Numbered from the stretch's first letter, positions 1-10,199 are shown. The stretch: 64,000 nt of DNA from Cyanidioschyzon merolae (GCA_000091205.1 AP006496.2), one strand, 5' to 3'. Translations and numbers: made by a program. The notes: generated by a model not told the origin, from the letters alone.

Positions 1-1578
1 TGGCAGTGCAGAAGCAGCGTGTACCCGCTGTTGGGCAACCAACACAGCTCCTGGGCAGCTACAAGATCAGGCCAGATGCGCACCATCGCCCAGAGCGCCG
101 GATCGACCTCATCAGTCTCACCTCGGAGTCGTTCTTGATCGCTGCGGCTCAGCGAGTCAAGTAATCTCTCCACTGAGTAGAGACGGAAGAAGTGTTGCGC
201 AATCCGCAGATCCGAGACCACAACCGAAAGCGCCGCCAGGTCGGAGTCGGTCATGAGCATCCAGCCACCCAGCAATAGCCGCAGATGCTCGTCGAGTTCC
301 TCCGCGAGTCGCTCTCCCATGACGCTTTTCGGACTCGTGGAGGACTCCTGCTGGAGCAGGTCAACCCAATCGAGTACGGTCACGAGATGCTTTTGCATGA
401 ACGCAGGCGACGGGAGGAGCGCCTCCAGAACGCCACGAGCCAGGGAAGCGTTCCGCTCTTGCCCAGAGGTCGCAGGTGGAAGCGCTCGTTGCTCCTTCGC
501 CAGGTCACGGATTGCAGTATCGAGAAGATTTGATGCAGTAATGAACAAATTCAAAGCGATGAAAGAGGGATCGCCCAGGGTCTGCGGTACTTTCAGATGC
601 TCCGCAGCGCCACTGGATGCATCGGTTACCAGCCTCGACGATTTCTCTGGGCTCGTCATCCGTTCCTCTTGCGGTGCGCGTGCGGCTTTTCGGGCAGCAC
701 CAACCAAGTCATGCAAGCGCTCGCAGATGTATGCCTGCAGCGTCGGAAGCAGTTCGCCGCGCCTCTGCAGGCAGGCAAGCAAGTGCTTTGTCTCTGGGTG
801 CTCGCCATCACAGAGAAAAGTGACTGTCGAGAGCAGCTCTGCGAATACAGCTTCTGGCAATGCGGGCTGTTGCACAGTTACCCCAGCGGACGGCAATGAT
901 ATCGCGTTGAGGCGCTGTGAGCGCTGCGCCCGACACTCGTGGACAATGAGTTCCAGCAAGTCAACGCGGTCGAGACACGGTGATACTTGAAAGCAGACCG
1001 CATCTGTTGTCAAGTCGATCTTCAGCAGTGAGGCATAGAGCGTGAAGTCATTGAGCGCGAACAACTCCACTAGTTTTTTTGCAGCTTCTTGCCAGTCCGA
1101 GCGCTGCAGCAGCACCTCGTCGAGGCTTTGGGTATTCGGTGCGAGCACGGGGACGCTTTCAGCGTTAGGGCCAGGAGAGCGCCTCTGGGACAAAAGTTCA
1201 GCTGCAAAACAAGGACGTGTCGGTTGCTGTGGCGAACTCGACACCGAGCCCGTACACTCTGGAGCGTGACCATTGGTTACCGAAACCGTGCCGTTTTTGC
1301 ACCCTAGGGTTTCAGTCTTTTTCCGTTCGTCCGCGATAGCTGTGGGAAACTCCTGGGAACCACAGCGCAAGTGAACGTTACGAAGCGGATAACTTGCTTC
1401 TTTCCCAAAAAGCCGCAGCTTAATCCAGATCTCACCGTCACGTTCTCGAATGGATTGGACGGTGCCGCTCTCCCAGAGTCCTTCTGCGGTGCGTACCTCG
1501 ACGCAGCGACCTCGCTTCAGCCAAACTGGAAGCGCTACGGCAGCGTCAGTCGGGGTTGACGTTTTGCGCCCCAGCATC
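1..1578 (-). CDS. 3'-truncated gene (continues beyond window start); protein with N-terminal Tudor/chromo-barrel-like domain, >=525 aa in window
   Basis: I translated the reverse complement of 1-1578 by hand and spot-checked six segments against the plus strand. One frame is open from ATG (complement of 1576-1578, with an in-frame TAG just upstream at 1629-1631) all the way to position 1. The N-terminus is MLGRKTSTPTDAAVALPVWLKRGRCVEVRTAEGLWESGTVQSIRERDGEIWIKLRLFGKEASYPLRNVHL, a Tudor-knot-like pattern, followed by a long helical-looking region. It is absent from the ORF track, presumably because there is no stop codon inside the window. The three open plus-strand frames at 253-990 are its antisense. 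Confidence 0.5.
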
Positions 1579-2351
1579 AGGTGGGCCCGCGAGCATGAAG
1601 CAACCCACGAATACGTATACACAAACCGCTACTCTGGAGAGCGTCTCGTTAATCAGGACGCTGCAAAGGCACCCCAGGGATCTGCCGAGTCGATGTTCGA
1701 AAAGCCAAGGATAGAGTGGATTCCTGCGAGGCCGACGTACGCCTCAGCGTGTCGGGGCGTGGCGGAGCATAGCCACGTTTGGCGCCACTACCATGGAATG
1801 AAGCCAAAATCCAGCTCCTCCATGTGTCTCAGATTCGAGGAGATCATTGAACTGTTCGTTCTGTTTCCGATTTTGTATTTTTCAGCTCTTGTTTTAGTTG
1901 TACAGCCTTGACATTCAAAGCGTGGCGATGAGAGGTTAGGGATGCATACGTCGTTCTAGGATTCGTGGTTGAATTTGTTTTTCGGAATGGCACAGATGAC
2001 CCTCGATCACTGGAATCGGTTACGTCATGCGAATCGTGGTGATTCGCGGAAGCTCGCAAAGAATGGTTCGTAAAATGAGCGACAAAATTAATGGATTCAT
2101 CAATACGGGCCTCTATGAGTCTTTTCTTCTTACGTGTAGCATGTTCAAATCACGCATTCTTCAAGTTTTTTACGGTCTTCCTGGTCCACGGCAACTCGCG
2201 GGTGCAGCTGCTCGCGCGTCGCTCCGGATTACCGCGGATCAAATCGTACAGTCTTGCATTGACGACCGCTGTTCAAGCCTATCCCGAAAGTTGATGGAAC
2301 TTGGCAGGTCGAATAATCGATGCTGTCGAAAAACAAATTCTCCAGTCTTTC

Positions 2352-2960
2352 TGAATACCCACGAAACTGCATTCCATAGCAGTAGGATACCAGTCGCGGG
2401 ATCTGCTCGCAGCGGCTTCTGTCACTTCTCTTTGCACGGTAAAGCGCCCTGGACTCGCGCTTGCGTCATCGGGGCGATCGCTTCTGGCGGAGAATGCGTC
2501 AGCGCTTTGCGTGAAGGCAGCGCTGTCGGATCGGAGTTTCTCGACTTGATTTCCATCCCGGATTTTCGTCCCGTTCATTGTTTCATCATGAACAACATCG
2601 CGTTCCGACAATCCTCCATGGAATGGAACAGCGTGCGCTTGCGTGCGCAGCTGACGGAAGACTCTCCGAGGATATCTCGCAGATAGAGCTTGTGATCCTG
2701 GGGTACAGCACCGAGCGCGGAAACGGAGTAAAGCATGTAGGGAAACCTTCTCTACCCGTCCAGGGCACGTACCGTGCAGTGAAACATGCGCTCATGTGCC
2801 AGAGAACGGCCGTTGGTAGAGAAAGTATTGCGGATACATTTGGGCACTTGACCTCCACCGAGTGTCACTGCTGCGCAGGACACACCGAGGGTACCATGCA
2901 AAGAAGAAGGCGATGGGAAAAGGATCGCAGATCTCAGCTTCCGTCCGCGCAAGCGATGCA
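2352..2960 (+). repeat. Copy of unclassified dispersed repeat family R1 (~0.6 kb)
   Basis: Nucleotide-level alignment to the 19.3-19.9 kb, 9.3-9.7 kb (minus strand), 27.05-27.34 kb and inverted-repeat-arm copies. Shared blocks include aaactgcattc near the 5' end, ggagaa(t/c)gcgtcagcgct, cccggatt, ccatggaatgg and (a/g)agtgtcac. Translated similarities between the overlapping ORFs 2027..2686 and 2578..3039 follow from this DNA homology. Confidence 0.5.
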
Positions 2961-4548
2961 TTCCTACCAACCGAACGTGGCGAAACTGGGGCTTGATCGC
3001 TGCGATCAAGCCTCAGTTTCTGCTGCTCTGCAAGGATGAAAAAATAGCTTGAACGTTGCGGTCGTCTACAAAGTGCCAAGTTGCTTCCTGCAGGCACAGC
3101 ATCTAAAACTTTGCATAGAGTACTGACCAGCGCGCTGAACCCGGCAAATGTTCCTGCAGCAGCGCTCCGCGCGGAATCGATACACAGCCGCACGCCATTC
3201 GCCTGCTACTGCGCCTAACCTTCGACCAGAGCAGTGTGTCTATTGTTCGCATGCGAATCACTGCTCGCAGACGGAGAACCTGGTGCAGCATCCCGACTGG
3301 AATCGACGGTCGGACTGCGCGGTGCTGAACCTGCGGGTACAATTTTGTCCGTACATACAGTCCATGGACAAAGCGCGTGTCGTGGAGCGTGCGAGCGCCT
3401 TGACGCCGTCGCGCGCTGGCGAATCAACGTATCCGTTCGTAGGGCTCGGTTGGCCCAGTTCGAGAGTGTTCACTACACGAGGCGAATCGCAGTCTCGGAC
3501 CAGTCGCTGCGTTCGCCAACGCTCGGCCTGGGAATCCGCAGCGACACTGCGACGCCATGCTGTCGCTGGAACGGAGGATCGTGTGGGCGGACCACTATCC
3601 CCGAATCAATGCTTGGATAACGGTAAAGAGGACTGGGAGGATTTGGTGCGCCATGTAGGCTTGCTTCCCGGATGCCGATAACCATCACATCATTGGGGAT
3701 CAGAGGTTAGATTCCAAAATCCTACACCATTAGGAATCACACTCGCGGTCCTGAGCACTTGGTAACCATCCGACACTCGGGGATTCCTCGTTAGATTCAA
3801 CAATGCTCTACCATGACGTCTTCCTATTGCTGGGTTCCGCCTGCGTTCGCCCGGGCGCCTCGCCGTGCTCCAGATGATCGATCATGGCGGAGCGTGCCAG
3901 CTGGAATCATCGCGAGGTATCGTGCCAGGCCCCAATATTACCTTGTGTGTCAAAGGCGGCACCGCGACGCGCACCAGCGACAGAGCCTGCAGCAAGAGAT
4001 TACTCTACGTGAGCTTCCGAGCTACGACACCTGATTTTCGCTGCAGTGCGATGCGAACACGCACGTGCGAGTGCGGGGTGTCGGACACGTGTCCTTCATC
4101 GATCGGTGAGGCGTCTCGCGCGGTGCACGCAGTGCGCTAAGTGAGCGTTCCTGGGAGATCAGGCAGGCATAAGACACGACGCGCGTGCCGCCGCTGAAGG
4201 GAAACGCGATCCTGATCTCTGGTGTGTTGTTCAGCTGTAAAAGTTGTATTCGCGCTGGAGTCGAACAAAAATATAGTTTTCAGTTCGTTTTTGTTTCAAA
4301 CTTCAAACAAGTCTAGTCAAATGTTTTTTCGCAGTATATAACAGAAGGGTTTAAAGAGCGTTCAAGAAATATAAAAATAAAAAAACGGAAAAAGGAACGC
4401 TATGAAAAAGCAAATGCACGATCCTGGAGGCCCAGGTTCGCCGGCTGCCAGAAAAAAATAGTGCCGAGTCCAGAAGAAAAGGAAGAGAAGAAGGACCGAA
4501 AGGCGGAGGTCCTACGTCGAAGGCGGCAAGAAAGACGACTGTACGACG

Positions 4549-5263
4549 AGATGGTGGTGAAAACCTTTCTTCTTGGACATATCAAGGATCCGTACAGGGA
4601 AAAGTTGCGAGACGCTATCGAAAAACGTGTTGCGTCATACTCCAAGAATATTATAAAGGCGTCGTCAGGACTGATGCATTTAGCAAGGGAGATGTACGAA
4701 GACGTCGCGAACATGGAAACGGTCGAGATTCCAGACGAGTTTTTCGACAAACCTTTATTCGTCAGCTGATGCTTGGCACAGGGGAAGTGCGGAGGGAAAA
4801 TGAGCGGGTGCGCGCCCTCCACGAAAAATATCCCTTTTACAGCTTCAATGGTACTCGATACAAGGGTGACCGGGGTATTTACGGCTACGGGGCGATGAAG
4901 TACCCCACGAACCTGAAGAACCATTTGACAGAGAACTTCGAACGTTTCATGGTACGCGCCGTGTTTGCGCTGTATCCGGACATCTCTCGCAATGGAAAAT
5001 GGGCGATGATCAACGGCATCACGAGCGATCGCAAGCATGAAGATGAGGTCGAATTTGTCGACAAGAAAGCGCCAAACGAGAACACGAATGAAGCTTCTGT
5101 AATCCGTGCGGTTATACAAGAGCATCGTGCGGTACTGGGGCTGGCGTATCCAACAGACAAGATATCAGCGTTGAAAAAGATAAGGAAAGATACTATCGCC
5201 TCATCCTGCGATATTTCGTGTTTCTGGACCGAGAGCTCGAACGCAAGGCAGAAACGAAGCTAA
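4549..5263 (+). CDS. Element ORF1 (about 240 aa if read from the first ATG across the frameshift; also the ORF-track pieces 4461..4769 and 4769..5263); K/R/E-rich NLS-like N-terminus; function unknown; frameshifted in copy A
   Basis: It is conserved with copy B: ...IKASSGLMHL..., ...GDRGIYGYGAMKYPTNLKN..., ...RNGKWAMINGITSDRKHED.... In copy B the region is a single frame. Copy A has lost one nucleotide near 4752 (A: aaacctttattcg; B: aagaccttttttcgc), which gives the TGA at 4767 and the frame switch. The first in-frame ATG is 4549 (MVVKTFLLG). The tracker start at 4461 is a GTG. Confidence 0.3.
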
Positions 5264-6618
5264 GTGAAGGAAAAAATGAAGAGTGGGAGAGACGGAAGGC
5301 TGCCCTAATGGGGAAGCGCTTCGATGTGGTTCCAGTGTGCAAGATCAAGTCACATTTTGTGACTATCGACTCCGGCGTCCTCTACGGCATCATGAGGGAC
5401 ATCAGTCCGGAGTTCAGTGTCAGCAGGGAGAACTTCACCGGCGAAAACCGGGAGACGTACTTGAAGAACATCTCCAATTTCAAACGTCTGAGAGTGAACA
5501 AGCAAAAGTTGTTCACTGGGATGATCGAAACCGATGGAGTAGCCTTGTGTGTACACTATCGGCGGTTGAAGAAAGATCGGCCAGTTCCGCCCTCGGCTGC
5601 GCCCGTGACGAAGGGTGCAGAAAAGAAAGAGGCGGATCCTGAGACGCAGGAGGTGGAGGATAACGACTTTGTCGTTGAAGTGACGAAGGATGAAGATGAG
5701 AAGGAGGCGGATCCTGCGACACAGAAGGTGCAAGATAACGACCTTGTCGTTGATGCGGCGAAGGATGAAGATGAGAAGGAGGCGGATCCTGAGACGCAGG
5801 AGGTGGAGGATAACGACTTTGTCGTTTGCGCGGACCCTGGGAACACGAATATCATCACCATCGCAGCACCGAAGCGTGCGGAAGATGGTACTGATGGTAA
5901 CGTACGTCAGAAAGACATGCGAGTTTTGAGGATCTCGAGAGCGAGATACTATCGAGAATCGGGAATAATGAATGCGAGGAAGAAAATTGCTACATGGAAT
6001 GCAGGAATGAAGGATCACCTGGAAGCTTTGAGTGAGGTGACTAGCCGAAGAGCGGACTTTCAAGCTTTTCGGAAATTCATGGAAGTTTGCATTGTCCATT
6101 GGGATGCACTGTGGGAGGAGTATACCAAGGCCCGGTGGGCTCGTTTGCGTATGAATTTGTATTGTGGGAAGCAGCGGGGGTTCGCGAATTTATTCAATAA
6201 CTTGAGCGCCTTGAAGGAGGATGAAAATCAGAGGCTCGTCGTAGCATACGGAGCAGGGCGCTGGAAGACCCAAAAAGGGACTACTCCAGCTCCAACGACA
6301 AGAACATACAGGGAGTGCGCACGGCGTTTCGTTACGATACCTGTAGATGAGTTCCGAACGTCCTATGCACACCATGAACTGGGTTGTACACTTCAGAGAG
6401 TCGAGATGGAAAAGTGCCAGAGGAGCGCTGAGGAAATAGCAAAGTACGGACCGCTGACGGAGGCGCAAACGGAAAGGAGTGCGAAAGTTCGTGGACTACT
6501 CGCTTTAGTGAGTATAACTCCGGACGGGAAGAAACGTATGGAGTTTGTGAACCGAGATTTTAATGCCGCAATCAATCTACGGAAATGTGCGGTACTGGAC
6601 AAGAGACCTCCAGAGTAG
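5218..6618 (+). CDS. TnpB-like RuvC nuclease of a eukaryotic OMEGA (Fanzor-type) system, 466 aa
   Basis: Motifs in order along the protein: [15 protein letters not shown] (RuvC-I, Asp ~205); [20 protein letters not shown]...EKC (TS motif plus a degenerate H/C zinc knuckle); [18 protein letters not shown] (RuvC-III, the RDxNAAxNI hallmark of TnpB, Cas12 and Fanzor). The canonical RuvC-II Glu is not obvious; the expected position reads RLVVAYGAG. The start codon is uncertain: the tracker uses a GTG, and the frame stays open further upstream. Confidence 0.7.
   Translation: MFLDRELERKAETKLSEGKNEEWERRKAALMGKRFDVVPVCKIKSHFVTIDSGVLYGIMRDISPEFSVSRENFTGENRETYLKNISNFKRLRVNKQKLFTGMIETDGVALCVHYRRLKKDRPVPPSAAPVTKGAEKKEADPETQEVEDNDFVVEVTKDEDEKEADPATQKVQDNDLVVDAAKDEDEKEADPETQEVEDNDFVVCADPGNTNIITIAAPKRAEDGTDGNVRQKDMRVLRISRARYYRESGIMNARKKIATWNAGMKDHLEALSEVTSRRADFQAFRKFMEVCIVHWDALWEEYTKARWARLRMNLYCGKQRGFANLFNNLSALKEDENQRLVVAYGAGRWKTQKGTTPAPTTRTYRECARRFVTIPVDEFRTSYAHHELGCTLQRVEMEKCQRSAEEIAKYGPLTEAQTERSAKVRGLLALVSITPDGKKRMEFVNRDFNAAINLRKCAVLDKRPPE
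5619..5830 (+). repeat. 75-bp (25-aa) acidic tandem repeat x~2.8 inside ORF2
   Basis: The unit gaggcggatcct...gatgaagatgagaag recurs at 5619, 5694 and 5769, encoding [25 protein letters not shown]. Copy B has a single unit. Confidence 0.85.
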
Positions 6619-6843
6619 ACAAGAGAGAACTTTATTGGACAACCTCTCAAAGTCGAACTATATGAGAAAATGTTGGAAGCAGTAGTGGGTGGCCGGTCCA
6701 AAAAGACGGGCAGGCGTCTGCACATCAGTCAGAGACGATTTGTCTAAGGCGCGTTCGCCGCCATTACTGTACGCCGCCGACGTCGTTCGACTCTCGAAAG
6801 GCGTTTAGTCGTGGCGACAAGTCTGCAGTTCCAGTTGCAAGCA

Positions 6844-7122
6844 ATGGGCAAACGCACACGGAAAGTGGGCATCTGCGGCAAGTACGGTACGAGGTATGGA
6901 GCGTCACTGCGAAAAACCGTGAAGAAGATGGAAATCACCCAGCACGCCAAGTACACGTGTCCGTTTTGCGCGAAGGATGCAGTGAAGCGGAAGGCAGTCG
7001 GCGTATGGGAGTGCAAGCGCTGTCGGAAGCGGATAGCTGGTGGCGCCTGGGTCCTGAACACCACCGCAGCGGCAACAGTGCGCACGACGATTCGTCGTCT
7101 GCGCGAGACCGTGGAGCAGTGA
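6844..7122 (+). CDS. RPL37A: 60S ribosomal protein eL43 (L37a), 92 aa, single exon
   Basis: [88 protein letters not shown] matches the eL43 consensus, including the C4 zinc ribbon. The ATG is at 6844; the tracker start at 6811 is a GTG. Confidence 0.9.
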   Translation: MGKRTRKVGICGKYGTRYGASLRKTVKKMEITQHAKYTCPFCAKDAVKRKAVGVWECKRCRKRIAGGAWVLNTTAAATVRTTIRRLRETVEQ

Positions 7123-9269
7123 GGCTGTTCGGAGAAGGACAACGAGCACTGGGTGGCGTCTTGGATGAAAGTCGGCGAGGATGTGTCTAGTTCAAGGCGA
7201 ATGCGGCCTGTGCTGGGAGCACTAGCTAATTCGTATCGCCTACGCGCGGTTCGCTTGGTAATGAACGCCACGAGATAGCAGCGTGAGGTATGCAGCGCGT
7301 TCGACACCCAACGAGAGTGCTCCGAGTGAGCGCGCGCGACCTCTCGAGCTTGTACTGTGGGCACTTGTCGAATTGATATTCGGAGTGGCACGCCGCCACG
7401 CGCATCACTTGGAGATTACTGGTCCTGTGTGGTGATACGTTTCGCATGCCGCTTTGAGTGTAGCGTGCGCCTGTCGAGCGTCCACCGTTCGTAAGGTGTT
7501 GCGCGAGATAAGAGTCCCGCGCATTCCGCCCGCTAGAGCTTGATTATCCGATGATACATGAACGACTAGCTTGTCGAAACGTTAGCGGTAAAGAAGCGAG
7601 TATCTAGCGTACAAGACGCGTGTAGCTTTTCGCTCCTAAACACTGTACGCAGTAAAGAGCGCACGGCTTGGTGTCAGTCTCGAGCGCATGAACGACCACA
7701 GTGTTCTTCGATGGTTTGTGTAAAACTGGGCCCGCCTGAAAGGACAGCGATCTACGACACGATTAGCATCCGCGGACGCCTGGTCAGAGCGATCGGGATG
7801 CCTGTGGAAACGCGTACTTGCCGACGTTTGCAGGCGCTCACGGGCGGCCTCGGTGGCAGGGGCGAAGATCGAGCCCCTGCATCGATGATGCGTCATGCTT
7901 CTCTGCAGACGATTTAGATGCAGTCAAATGGGACTCGGCATCGAAACTGTCGTTACCTGCTGACTAGGTTGCCACAGCACGTAAGCAAACCTGCCGGCAA
8001 CCCCGGTGTGCGCCTTGCCGCGAGTGCTCACTTTTGAATGACTGCTGCGAGCCTGTGTTCGCTACAGGGCGCGACTACCCAGAGTCGCCCGGCACCAGTG
8101 CGTGTGCTCGTGACGACAGCAGCGCTGAACGCAGGTGATTGAGATTTGCTTACCTACCGGCTCGCTGAGCACATCGATTCACTGGACATGCGCGAACGAA
8201 GAGCTTTTCACGTGAAGCTACCATATCTCCCTGAGCGGATATGGCTTTCTGTCTGGACTGTGCAGAGGCAGCGGCGCCAAGTACGTTGCACTCGGATGCT
8301 CGCACGCTGCTGTTGCAACGCTGCAGGCACGCCAGAACTGCCACTACGGAGATACAGCATGCGATGCGCGGTTCTCGATACGTCCGATGATGACGCAGTT
8401 GTAGGTATCGCCCAGAACACGTGGTGGCTTTCCGAGCTCAGTCCATCGTCATGCTCCAGTGCGCATGGATTATCATGCAGCCGGGAGCCATAAAATGGAG
8501 CGCGAGACTGCGATGAACGCTTGCTACAGTGCTGAATGTGTTGCCACTGTCGCCGCACGGAAACAGCGCAAGTCGTCGTGTCGATGCTGGGGCCCACACG
8601 AAAGGCCGGATCGTAATGCGAGCGAGCGCAGCCCCGCGTTAGATGGTTAAACACATGTCAGACTAGAATGGAACAGGTACACTATCTCGGCTGCGCACTC
8701 TCAAGCCTGGACATGTCGTCAAGGTCATCAATATTAGCCGTCGTGGGCTTTTTCAGCAACAGCTTCCTCTTACCCTCCATAAACTCCGGCATTCAATTCG
8801 CTGGCCTCTTGCGTCCTTCCCGTTTCGTTGTTTGCTGTCGATTGATGCTGATGCCAGCCATACTGTGCCGATATCGCTGCTTCCGTCTGGTGTCAACGTA
8901 TTTCGTGCACAGACGCAAGTTGCGATCCAAATTCGTTTGTCTGTTGCACCCACTATGTCTAGTGCACCGGTGCACCCTGCGCAGCGATGTCCATTGACTG
9001 CAGTCAGATACGCAGATATGTCCACAGCGCCTACTTCTCCAAGTGCCACGCTGGGGCGCGTGAACGCTCGCTTCGTCCATTGGTGCTCGTCGGCGACGTG
9101 TAGAGAGGGCCTAACTGTTTGCGCTTATCTGTTTTCATGCCCAATACCGTACCCTGCGCTCACGGGCCTCTTCGGGGTGTTACCCAAAGCGAACTTGGTG
9201 CACGTCGCACACGCAAGCGATCGCTCTTCCATTCTTTTGAGGATTTGTGGAAATCGATTTTGTTCATAG

Positions 9270-9720
9270 TAGAGAGAGTTTCGGAAGGAAATGCACGCTG
9301 ATCAACAAGATATGAAATTTTGATCCGTCTTCACTTCCTTCGTGCAGAGCGCCGATGCATGATCCACGGGAAGCGATCCCAGCGATGACTAGAGTCCCAG
9401 GCCAAGACCTTTTTCCACGCAAAAAGAAGAAACGGGAGCCACTGGGAAGTTTCCTCCTGAGAGGGATCATATTGGTGCTGTCGAATCCGGCCTCGTCGAT
9501 AGACATGAGCGGAGGCGAATTTGCCTTTGTAACGAAATCGAGTATTGCACTCGAGCAGTTCAGTGAACATTCAGCAGGAGCGCGTGAACAGAACATCAAC
9601 GGACAATGTCGAGCTTTTCCCTTTCGTATTGCTGGCCCCACACCTTGCCTCGAAACGGAAAGATCAGAACCATGAAGAATATGTGATTTGAGAATGCAAA
9701 CTGTAGGAAAACGAGAAGAC
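9270..9720 (-). repeat. R1 dispersed repeat copy (reverse orientation)
   Basis: The reverse complement aligns to the 2.4 kb and 19.4 kb copies, for example ...gcatcggcgctctgcacgaaggaagtgaagacggatcaaaa... against ...gcgtcaccggtttgcacgaagaaagcccagacggttcgcc.... It explains ORF 9264..9641. Confidence 0.45.
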
Positions 9721-10199
9721 TCGAAACCTATAGATATGCACTGGATTCAAAAGTCGGTCAGCGGGGGAACCCATGTTCGAGGGCGTCGCGAATCATCTCG
9801 ATTCCGGTGCCATATCGAAATCCAGCGGCAAAATCCTTGGAGGAGCCATTCCGAATAACCAAAATCCACGAAAATCCTCGAACTCCATAGGAATTCGTAA
9901 CCTCTTTTCGCCGCTCTTTTCCATCTAGAGGCTATGCATCGAAAAATCCTTCGAAACGAAATCACAAGGCGGAAACAGCGCGAGCACTACGGTATTCCCT
10001 TTTCGTTCGACGCGCCCTTAGGGAAATACCCTACCGAGCGCGCAGCGCTGCGCTGCGCACGAGCACCAACGCACCAGAAAGCCTAGAGACGCACGGCGCG
10101 TCAAAGCGCCGTATACGATGCTATGCGCATCGCTGCACCACTCGTGGCGCTTTTCTGGTCTGGAGCCGAGGCACGAGGTGCACACTTCCGACCTCGAAG

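Larger units (their letters stand above)
4165..6800 (+). mobile_element. Fanzor/TnpB-family element, copy A (most intact), ~2.6 kb
   Basis: It is homologous over its whole length to 42672-45160 (copy B). Both ends are homologous to 22420-23040 (copy C). The 5' leader at 4200-4460 is AT-rich (~35% GC) against a ~57% GC host. Internally it carries ORF1 and a TnpB-like ORF2. Boundaries are approximate and come from where homology between copies is lost. Confidence 0.7.

Noticed and set aside
253-990. A 245-aa plus-strand ORF, and two more overlapping plus-frame ORFs, at the left end
   Set aside because: All three plus frames are open only because this is the antisense of the real minus-strand gene 1..1578. 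The peptides are low-complexity S/R/A-rich.
5160-5263. A canonical X_XXY_YYZ slippery heptamer plus pseudoknot to support programmed -1 frameshifting between ORF1 and ORF2
   Set aside because: Only an imperfect gaaaaag run is present, and no obvious downstream stem was seen. The frameshifting idea is kept as a low-weight note inside the ORF1 finding, not as a supported feature.
4400-6099. Minus-strand ORFs 4400..5125 (241 aa) and 5350..6099 (249 aa)
   Set aside because: They are antisense to the conserved ORF1 and ORF2 of the Fanzor element. Their peptides are repetitive (the [13 protein letters not shown] part mirrors the acidic repeat). It is the plus-strand frames that are conserved between copies A and B.
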